From Octopus sinensis (taxonomy: Eukaryota): DNA of 64,000 nt. The translations under genes were made by a program, and so were the position numbers. The notes under the pieces are model-generated. The model ran no database searches. It was not told where the DNA came from and worked only from the letters and a program-made list of their open reading frames with translations. This document shows, piece by piece, positions 53,501 through 61,453 of this stretch (position 1 is the first letter of the stretch; each line of letters starts with the position of its first letter). The DNA is taken from contig NC_043000.1 of NCBI RefSeq assembly GCF_006345805.1, positions 103,478,001 to 103,542,000 of the forward strand. Reading direction: 5' to 3'.

Positions 53501-56500
53501 TATTTTGTTTACAGACAATTTGAAGAGCTTAAAAACTACAGTAACGAACTTCAATCCATTATTTCAACAATACTGAAAATCAGAGCAGTAAGTGTTATAA
53601 TATGCTTTTCAGGTTTGTCGTTATTTTTGGCGTGAAAAAAAAATTATATCTTGAAAACAATTTTTACCTCAATAGCAGTTTTACATCCATTTTCCCAACA
53701 TAATATCATGAATTAGATGGGATTTTTTTTTTTCCTATTTAGACATCTGTGTTTATCTGCAACAAATACTTGTACATTTAAATATCCTTCCTATTGCAAA
53801 TAATCACTCATCTTTGAATTATGAGCAGCTAGGGAAAAAAATGATAACTATTAGCAAGATTTTAAACTTGTTGCCTTATGGTGGTCAATAGTTCATCTGT
53901 TTAACTTTACAGCCAAGCAGATTATTGTGATTATTTTGATGATAATATGCACATCTGAGTTCTATTGTATTTTATTTGTTCAATCAACCTTCAACATAGT
54001 TGGACAACCAATCCCAACCAATTGGGATTCACAGTATGTGTTGTACTTATTGATCCTTTTAATTGCTGAATACAAAACATGGCTTGCAAGGCCTCCATTT
54101 GGGTTAGTTTCTCCTGAGTCACCATCTTGCCCTCGTATGCCAATCCATCACAAAGTTACTTATTTACAGCTTAGAGGACTGGAGTAACATGAAATGAAGT
54201 GTTTTGCTCAAGAACACAATGGACAGCCAGGCTGGGAATCGAGACTGTGACCTTGTGATCATGAGTGTAACACCTTACCACTAAACCATACACCTCCATT
54301 CTTCAGATTCTTTAGTTAATCTGAAAATGAAAAGCAATACCCATAGGTTTTTAAGGCATTTATAGACCACAGGATGAGATTCTCTGGTCAGATTCAGAAA
54401 AATGTTGAACTGGGGAGAAAAGATCAAGAAAGATATCTGATGGGAAGTGAGACAGAGTGGGAGGAAATGAAAAAAGAAAAACTAAAATATTCACATTGAA
54501 AGAACAGTTTTGTGAAACAGTGACATAAGCCTTATATAGAGAGTTGTTGTGGTTCTTAAATATCACAACATACTTATGTTACAAATGTAAAATGACAGCT
54601 ATCAGCTTTAAATCTTGAATGTAGAACCTATGTTAACTAACTTTCACAATAATTGAATGTCAATAATAATTTCTACAAAATTAAAAACACCAATTCAATC
54701 ATTGTTTTTGTTTGATTTTTAAAAAATTTATTTAATCCAGAAACTTGCCAACCAGTCTTAGAACATCCACAAAATTCATGCTATTTATGCCAGTGTCTTT
54801 GAATTTTGAATATAGAACCTGTGTTAACTAAATTCTACAATAATTCCATATTAAAAGATAATGGTTTCCACAAAAGTGAAAACACTAACCTAATAATATC
54901 TTGTTTTAATTGTTATTTTTTTTTTAATTCAGAAACTTGCCGACCGGCTTTATGGTATTCACAAAATTCATGCTAATTATGCCAGAGTTACGCTGAATGG
55001 AGTTCTTTAGAGAAAGAGATGAGTGAAGGCTTGAAGGGATCTGGACATTATATGGATGTGTAAGTTACTATTGCTTGACATTTGTTCATGTGTGATTTGC
55101 TAGTATCTAAATTCTATATGAAATATACTCTCTAGATATTTATTGGCTACATGAGCGCCTGTATTCTGAGGTACATTATGGACATGAAAAATATAGTCTC
55201 AGGATATGAAGAAATTTGTTTGATAGTATTTCAGGACACAATCAAAGAGTGAAACCTATTGCCTGTGCATTACATAATTTTGCAAATATCAAACATAGCC
55301 TAAATTTTATAATTTTATGAATCTTTTGCAATGTTTACCATTAACTAAAGTAAATATGTAATATTATAGGGAAGTATTAATGTTTAGCTTAACTCATCCC
55401 TGATTAATATGAACGATATAGTTAAAGGTGTTCCAGATGTGAACATCCTATAGTTTTGTATATCTAGAATTACATTGTCCAATGTGTCCTTCTCTGTTTT
55501 AAAGCAGTTTAATGATGTAAAGGAGGTTTAAAATTATTTCTAGCAGGTCAAGTGACCACATAGTTAGCTCGTACTATAATAAGTACTTTGTGTGCTTCTG
55601 AATATATTTGTGTATGCTGGTTTAATCTATTACCCAATTTAACATTACCATGCAACCCTTAGATGGTCTTAGCAAAGTCCTCTCTATTCTCACCAGTTTC
55701 AGAAACTCTGCAAAATATCATAGGGCATTGCCATTCCTCCCCTGACTTAGCCATTAAAGTGAAATGTATGTGTGTGTGTGTGTGTGTGCATGTGTGCGTG
55801 TGTATGTGTGGATACAATGAAACAAATTGAAATACCCACATGTAAGCTGTAAATTCTTTATTAATGGTTTCTCATACTATAGCAGTTAGAAATAGCAACC
55901 AAATCTCCCTACAGTTGGAATAAAGACTGGACACATTAGTTAATGTAGTCCTATGTACTCCTAAAAAGATGGGATGGTCAAGGTAAAAATGCTTTTGATA
56001 TAGGTTTGTTTAGATCTGATCTGAGGACTAAACAGCCACAGCTTTCTTACTCCCCACCTCCATCACATTTACCTGATTACACCATTACATCCCACATTAT
56101 ATACATTGAAAAATCATAAACACTCCCACAATAATCTATAAATTAGCAAAGAAATAATCTAGAATCCTCGACATTTATTAAAAATAACAATTATTCATTT
56201 TGCTTTTCTCTCTTACTCTCTCATTTAGTTTTGCTAATTCTGTTGATGCAATCTTGGAGGAGGAAGAACAATATGCAGACCAACTCAAAGAGTACTTGGC
56301 ATTTGCTGATTCTTTAAGGTAAGTTCTCCAAGAAAACTTTATTTGAAAACAAGAAAAGACATTTACTATTTCTGTTATTCTATTTGCTTCTGCTCTGAGT
56401 TTAGGTAATTAAGTGTCATTAGTATGCATTCTAATTGTGATATATCTGATGATATACTTCTTAATTGTAATATAAAGAGTAAAGACCACCTTTGGTCATG

Positions 56501-57448
56501 AGTGATCATGGGATTACACCTAGAAAGTTCTCTGAGGCACAAGTTTGGGCCAGGTTGTTTATGGAAGACCAGCAGTCGCCCATGCATACCAGCCTCCCCT
56601 CTCTATGTCACAGATGCTATCCAAGAGAAAAGCAAAAGCCAACACAGCTTGGCAGCAGTGCCATCACAACTCATTTCTACTGCTGAGTGAACTGGAGCAA
56701 AGTGAAATGAAGTGTCCTGCTAAAGAATGCAACACACTGGATGATCCACAAATCAAACTCATGATTATGAGCCCAACACTCTAAGCACTGAACCATGGAC
56801 CTTCACAATTGTAGTCTATACATCTGATAATGTGATTGACAAATTGTGGTTTATCCACTAGTATGCATCACCACATTGTATATCCATTTATGTAGGATAC
56901 AATCTTTGCATATTCACTGGTTACAAAAAGAAAAGCTTACTCTTCATTAAGTTCAATGTGAATGGATCGAATAAACATAGACTTTGTTTGGCTGAAAGAG
57001 AGCAAATCCTGTTCAGATCTAAGATGCCTAACTCTCTGTTGAACTTCAGGTCAGAAATTTTCAATAGTTGCATGCATATGTATAAATATATTCTTAAGAA
57101 TTGGAAAATTCCACCTATTCCTGACTAACTTAATATCTTTCCAGTCTTATCATTTAAGCCCTAAGGAGGATAGCGCTTTTACCTTTTACTTTTTATTTTT
57201 GACGTTTTAGTTTCTCTTTGTTGTTTTTTGTTGTTTACTGACTGCGTTTTCTATATGCAGCCTTCTCAGTTTTTACACATTTCTTTTATTATTCAATTTC
57301 TTTAGTTTGTTATGATGGTTTGTGCCTGAAGAATATGAAACTATTAGTAGTGCTTTAATACATGTATTGCAACCTTTAAATAAATATTTATCTCTCACCA
57401 GATGGAGTACTTTTTTTGTTGAATTTTCTATCATGGATCAGTACATCT

Positions 57449-57480
<32 letters not shown>

Positions 57481-60400
57481 AAAACTGTGATTTTGTATAT
57501 TTGTGTGTGTGCCTGTTTGTGTGTATGCAAATATTTTAAATTGCAATATTGTTTTAAATTCTTTCAGGTCTGTTTGTCGAAAATATGAATGCATACAGTA
57601 TGACCTGGAAAAAACTGAAGAATGTTTGTCAACAAAAGGAAGCCAAAAGGATATGTTGGTATGTTTACAGCTTACTTGCTGCTTATATTTTATGTTTGTT
57701 CAATATTTTATGTATCACATAATGTTACTATCTAGGAAATTAAAGTGTTTTTGTGTTTCCTTGTTACTACCTCTGCCTTAGCGAAGGCAGAGATATTGTT
57801 TTCAGTCATGTTTGTTTGTCTGTGGACAAGATATCTCAGATGAAAGTTTTAGGGATGTTTGGCCTCATGACTAGCACAAAGTGATTAGATTTTGGGATCG
57901 ATCCAGTTCTAGACAAGGATTTTGGATTATTTGCCCTGTTTTTTTACAAAATTTTTGAGAGCAGTCCGATTCATTTTTAGTATTCTAGTTTGTGAGAGCA
58001 GTTGAATTTATTTCAGATAGTCTCATTTTAAAATCATCTCTGGCTAATTGTTGAGAAGACATTGGTGTTGCTTTGGTGGAGGTTTGCACTCTCCGAGTGC
58101 TCTTGTTTTAAAATTACTATCTAAATGTTCTATCATCAACCTAGCAAATATGTAAATTACCAATGAATTAACCTCAGTACAGCTGTATTTTTGTGTATGT
58201 TATTACCCAGGTGTCACTCCAAGTGACAAACACTGGTAATCAAGCCAAAAAGAAAACCATTATGTTGATTGCTCTATGTCATTGTTTCTCAAGTATGTTT
58301 TACCTTTGGACCCCTTTGATTCTTATTTTACTCAGATGGACCCTCCTAACCATTCAATCTTTCAAAAATCCTATTATATTTTTATAATTAAATATTAGGA
58401 ATTGTATATAAAAAAAAGAATAATTAAAATATTTTGTGTATTGTAGAAGTATAGGCAATTTATTGCACATGTTTTAACAATAAAATCTTATGTGGAACCC
58501 AATTGAGAACCACTGCTCTAGGTGCCAGAAATAGCAGCCAAATTTCCTTCTAATCATATCTCATTATCTTAGAAAAATGTACATTGGATAATGAACTCCT
58601 AATGAAAGACAGGATAGTCAAGGCTGGAATACCTTTCATCAAAGATAGCTCTGCATGATCTGAGCTAACCTATGGCTAAACAGCAATAAGAACAAAAGAT
58701 GGTTACAACTTGAATGTTGGCAACAACAGTAAAAGACATGATGGCCACATCTTGTACACCTTTCTTACGTCTGCTGAATCAAAGCCGACTCAGTATTATT
58801 AATAAAACCAGGGATTAGATGGTCGTGACTAGAATGCCTTTGATCTAAGATCAGTTCAATTGCAGCTGCACTATGACTAAACAAAAAACCAAAATAAAGT
58901 AGGGATGGTTATAACTGGGACACTATTAATAAATTCATCATCATCAGTGTTTAATGTCTGCCTTCCAATCTAGAATGGGTTTAAACTCACGTGGGGCTGA
59001 GTTTCTTCCCTTCCAGGATTGTTATTTTTGGTGTATTGTTCCATTATGCACTGTTTTGGGTATTGATAAATACTAAAACCACTCCACATCTTAGGAATCC
59101 GTGGTCCAATTTACACGAAACTTGTTTCTTTCTGTTTGTATTCACATTCATAGTATTTTCCCATTATGCGCCAGTTTGGCTGTATTAAATGACAGACAAG
59201 CAAGCAAGCAACCAGAGTTTTAGTAGTATATAGATTTTCAGTTAATTATCCTCATAATAACGACAATAAAATTGTTTATTGAATGTTATCATAGCCCAGG
59301 GTTGACAGATACATTGTGAATGAAATTTGGTTGATGTAAATTATGCATAAACCTATCTTGGCATGGTCATGTAGTTTACTAGTTTGCTTCCAAACCATAT
59401 GGTTTTGAGTTCAGTCCCATGGTGTAGCACCTTGGAGATGCTTTCTATTATGGCCTCAGGCCAACTAACACCTTATGAATGGATTTAGTAGATGGAAACT
59501 GAAAGAAGCTTATCATGTATGTATGTATTGGCAACTCATCAGTTATGACTATGAGGGTTGCAGTTGATCAATGGAACAGCCTGCTCATGAAATTAACATG
59601 CAAGCGACTGAGCACGCCACGAATATGCATGACCTTTATGTAGTTCTCCGAAGATTCATGGTGTTAATTTCACGAACAAGCTGTTCTGTTGATCAGATCA
59701 ACTGGAACCCTCGTCATCATAACCAACGGATTGCCACAATGTATATATATATAATGATTCAATTGTTTATATCTTACTCTTGTTAAAATTAACTTTCTGC
59801 TTTCACAAAAGATTTTGTTTTTTGTTTCCTTTTTTTTTATCTCTAGAATCAAGGGAAACAGCAAGGTGGCTTTACTCTTTCAAATGTCAAAACCAAACTA
59901 TTTGGAGGTGATACACCTGAGCAAAGAGACCAGAAAGTTAAAGTCCTTGAACAGCAAATTCAGGATTCTGAAGTTGAATTAAAAGTTGTTACAGCAGATA
60001 CTCAGTATGTATTTACAACCATCTGTACATTGAAGGCAAATACTCCAAATTGAGATATAGTGAATTATTTGAAATGTTATTGTATTGTAAGAGATACATC
60101 TTCACTAGACCCCACCCTTCGGTCGTGCTTGATCATGGGATTGCACCTAGAAAGTTCCCTTCCAAGGAACAAGTCTGGGCAAGGTTGTTAATGGAAGACC
60201 AGCAGTCACCCATGCATACCAGCCTCCCCTCTCCGTGCCACCAATATTATCCAAGGAAAAGGCAAAGGCTGATACAGCTTGGCACCAATGACATCACAAC
60301 TCATTTCTACAGCAGAATGGACTGGAGCCATGTGAAATAAAGTGTCTTGGTCAAGAACACAACAGAGCTCGGTCTGGGAATTGAACTCATTACCTCATGA

Positions 60401-61453
60401 GTGTGAACCCAATGCTCTAACCACTGAGCTATGTGCCCTCATCATATGTATATAGGTGCCAGCATGGTTGTGGGGTTATATTGTAGAAGACACTGGCCCA
60501 AACTGCCACTGCATGGAAATTTAGGCACATTTCTTCTGCCACAGCCCCAAATCAACTAAAGTATTGTAAGTGAATTTGGTAGATAGAAACTGAAAGAAGC
60601 CCATGTGTGTGTGTGCTTGTACCTCCTTATCTTGGTCTTCCTTGATAGTCATAAATGAGTGTCAGTATCATACAAGTAACATCATTTGTTTCTACTCTAG
60701 TGCTGTTGCCACAATAAAGTACACTTTTGTAAAGTGGTTGGTACAAAGACTGCTCCACCACCCACTGCTGTGGAAACCATGCCAAAAATGAACATGTGGT
60801 CCTCTAGCTTGTCTAGAAGAGCAGTAATTCTGAATAAGAACTGATTCAAACTGTGGTGATGTGTTCAGTACATGTTTGCATAGAAAGTGGATGTAAAATA
60901 ATGAATTGGAGGTGGAAATGGTGATTAACCCATTCATGCCAGTCGTCTGTTTAAACTGACACCTTATTTATAAGGGTATAAAATAAATACTTGATACAAA
61001 TTGTGATTTGTGTATGATCTGTATCAAAGAATGAAATGTGTTCTTAATGCATATGCAGTCTGTATCAAACGGATTTGAATGAAATTTTTTTCAGTTGTTA
61101 TTTAGTTCAAAATAATAGTATCTGAATTTTCAGGCAATTTCATTCACTAGAAAAATTTTCGACATAAATGGGTTAAATGTAAAATATTTTCTCTTGTACA
61201 GAGTTTTCATGGAGCAAGCACTCAAAGATATTGATAGATTTGAGAGACAAAAGGTGAAAGACTTAAAGGAAATATTCACAAACTATGCTATTATGCAAAT
61301 AAAGCAATCAAAAAAGGTTAGTAGGAATACATATTTACCTATATTCCAATTCCCATATTACACTTACCAAAAAGTTAAATTTGATTTGATTCTTTATCTT
61401 TGCAGGGTATTGCAATTTGGACCAGTGCAAAAGATTGCTATGCCAAGATGTAA
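29552..61453 (+). CDS. SNX4: Sorting nexin 4 (PX + BAR), 14 coding exons, ~437 aa after repairing a 1-bp frameshift in exon 9
   Basis: Exons joined by GT-AG with consistent phases give WRRYSEFELIRNYL..PPLPEK (PX) and KLADRLYGIHKIHANY..EW..LEKEM, EEEEQYADQLKEY, GIAIWTSAKDCYAKM* (BAR), matching recalled metazoan SNX4 along its length. Summed exon length is 1313 nt, one short of 438 codons. Confidence 0.95.
34460..34860 (-). mobile_element. Heavily decayed Penelope-like RT fragment
   Basis: Minus-strand LVAASYTNIP resembles the PLE D..SLYTNIP motif; many stops. Confidence 0.35.
35549..36845 (+). mobile_element. Full-length decayed mariner transposon (~1.3 kb)
   Basis: Imperfect TIRs (ctgggttggtcaaaaagtttg vs revcomp ttaggctggccaaaacatttg); relics of RIVTGD..W..YNN, HPKKVML, HDNARSH and SDLHLF catalytic motifs. 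Confidence 0.8.
36990..37290 (+). mobile_element. SINE family 4 (tRNA head + Deu/Nin-like core)
   Basis: ..gtgttgtgttcttgagcaa..cagctgtagaaatgagttg core; minus-strand copies at 54070-54300, 56480-56810 and 60110-60440. Confidence 0.7.
38120..38540 (+). mobile_element. Decayed SINE family 1 variant with RTE-like tail
   Basis: Head gtgtggtaagaagg.., tail acccatgcaagtatggaaagga.gaatgttaaa. Confidence 0.6.
38770..39000 (-). mobile_element. SINE family 2, full length, CpG-intact
   Basis: Close match to 17865-18080. Confidence 0.9.
39711..40600 (+). mobile_element. Internally deleted mariner (~890 bp) inserted at TA among SINE family 1 sequence
   Basis: TIRs tatgagggggtcccaaaagtatccggaa vs revcomp tatgagggggtacccaaaggaaaccggaa; N-terminal HTH (EQCASMKFYFLLGKTVAET..QVYEWF), ITSGESW, and C-terminal W..C..S..DYFEG. 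Confidence 0.85.
40640..40935 (+). mobile_element. SINE family 1 3' part, CpG-depleted
   Basis: ggatttggtagatggaaactgaaagaagcccatc..cttgacaaccagtgttgg. Confidence 0.75.
42930..45510 (-). mobile_element. Ty3/Gypsy LTR retrotransposon, decayed; RT and most of RNase H deleted
   Basis: Minus-strand order: LTR (45510-45342), PBS tggcggcaagga (45339-45328), gag knuckle CNKCGKIG, protease VDTGAAGS, RNase H tail IARWSLILSQYNF..HADAL, integrase HMDWAY..VDAYS..GVPLALVSDNGP, PPT gaggaggaa, second LTR from 43065. LTR cores about 85% identical by eye. Confidence 0.85.
45573..45679 (+). CDS. SNX4: SNX4 exon 2 (THLLQWMEITVSEPEKRTIPSMKMQDTYIVYLVET)
   Basis: ctctttcAG| ... AG|GTAAAT; PX N-terminal strands (cf. 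IEISVSEAEKR..MQETYTAYLIET). Confidence 0.95.
46260..48430 (-). mobile_element. RTE-like LINE RT fragments interrupted by a SINE/microsatellite at ~47465-47975
   Basis: FYLAFV, HQGSVL, QVVDSICYLGDLIS motifs across broken frames. Confidence 0.65.
47585..47975 (-). mobile_element. SINE family 1, full length, young (CpG-intact)
   Basis: Head ggagtggctgtgtggtaagtagcttgct; close to the 17116-17532 copy. Confidence 0.92.
48480..48618 (+). CDS. SNX4: SNX4 exon 3 (VTDPEMKGFGDGATSVWRRYSEFELIRNYLEAIYPQVVVPPLPEKK)
   Basis: PX signature WRRYSEF and PPLPEK; ttgcAG| ... |GTTTGT; phase 2 to 0. Confidence 0.97.
49182..49259 (+). CDS. SNX4: SNX4 exon 4 (ATFLWQNAPSDKFNLEFIERRRAALE)
   Basis: PX motif FIERRR..LE; tttAG| ... 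|GTTGGT. Confidence 0.95.
49931..50002 (+). CDS. SNX4: SNX4 exon 5 (IFLLRCSSHPTLCADKVFVSFLRQ)
   Basis: PX C-terminal helix (cf. FLLRIASHPILCRDKIF); ttcAG| ... CAG|GTAAAA. Confidence 0.95.
50164..50211 (+). CDS. SNX4: SNX4 exon 6 (DSGWKELAYATEFQSK)
   Basis: ttcAG| ... AAG|GTGAAA; matches WKE...TGFQ.K segment. Confidence 0.9.
50620..51400 (-). mobile_element. RTE-like LINE endonuclease-region relic
   Basis: Degraded AP-endonuclease-like segments; no intact frame. Confidence 0.35.
53026..53081 (+). CDS. SNX4: SNX4 exon 7 (AESRIKSLSAAFRLKRPD)
   Basis: ttcAG| ... CG|GTAAGT; cf. ADSRLKALNATFRVKNPD. Confidence 0.95.
53515..53587 (+). CDS. SNX4: SNX4 exon 8 (QFEELKNYSNELQSIISTILKIRA)
   Basis: tacAG| ... 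GCA|GTAAGT; BAR helix start. Confidence 0.95.
54611..54798 (+). pseudogene. Degenerate tandem duplicate of the intron-8 end plus the 5' half of SNX4 exon 9 (pseudo-exon)
   Basis: ccAG|aaacttgccaaccagtcttag..cacaaaattcatgcta.ttatgccag at 54741 parallels the true exon at 54933 (period 192 bp); upstream intron also aligns. Reads KLANQS*. Confidence 0.85.
54933..55059 (+). CDS. SNX4: SNX4 exon 9 (KLADRLYGIHKIHANYARV / YAEWSSLEKEMSEGLKGSGHYMD), 1 nt short near 54987-54990
   Basis: Exon is 127 nt but flanking phases (0 to 2) need 128. Homology switches frame at gccagagtTAcgctgaatgg; the uncorrected frame stops at TAG 55008-55010. Confidence 0.93.
56229..56318 (+). CDS. SNX4: SNX4 exon 10 (FANSVDAILEEEEQYADQLKEYLAFADSL)
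   Basis: tttAG| ... AG|GTAAGT; cf. DILEDEEHYADQLKEYLFYAEAL. Confidence 0.96.
57568..57658 (+). CDS. SNX4: SNX4 exon 11 (SVCRKYECIQYDLEKTEECLSTKGSQKDML)
   Basis: ttcAG| ... TTG|GTATGT; cf. AVCRKHELMQYDLE. Confidence 0.95.
57764..58108 (+). mobile_element. Helentron/DINE-like non-autonomous element
   Basis: 5' hairpin ctctgcc-ttagcgaa-ggcagag, tgtttgtttgtctg tract, 3' hairpin gcactc-tcc-gagtgc ending cttgtt. A related 5' part lies at ~42605-42750. Confidence 0.7.
59847..60004 (+). CDS. SNX4: SNX4 exon 12 (NQGKQQGGFTLSNVKTKLFGGDTPEQRDQKVKVLEQQIQDSEVELKVVTADT)
   Basis: ctctAG| ... CA|GTATGT; KLFG..TPEQR..KVLE motif. Confidence 0.96.
60110..60440 (-). mobile_element. SINE family 4, full length
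   Basis: tRNA-like head (tagctcagtggttagagca..gagttcaattccc) on minus strand with the Deu/Nin-like core. Confidence 0.75.
61202..61316 (+). CDS. SNX4: SNX4 exon 13 (VFMEQALKDIDRFERQKVKDLKEIFTNYAIMQIKQSKK)
   Basis: tacAG| ... AAG|GTTAGT; DI.RF..QK..DLKE BAR motif. Confidence 0.96.
61406..61453 (+). CDS. SNX4: SNX4 exon 14 coding part (GIAIWTSAKDCYAKM*)
   Basis: tgcAG|GGT..., TAA at 61451-61453; cf. GIQVWTNAKECFSKM. Confidence 0.95.
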   Translation, partial: GIAIWTSAKDCYAKM

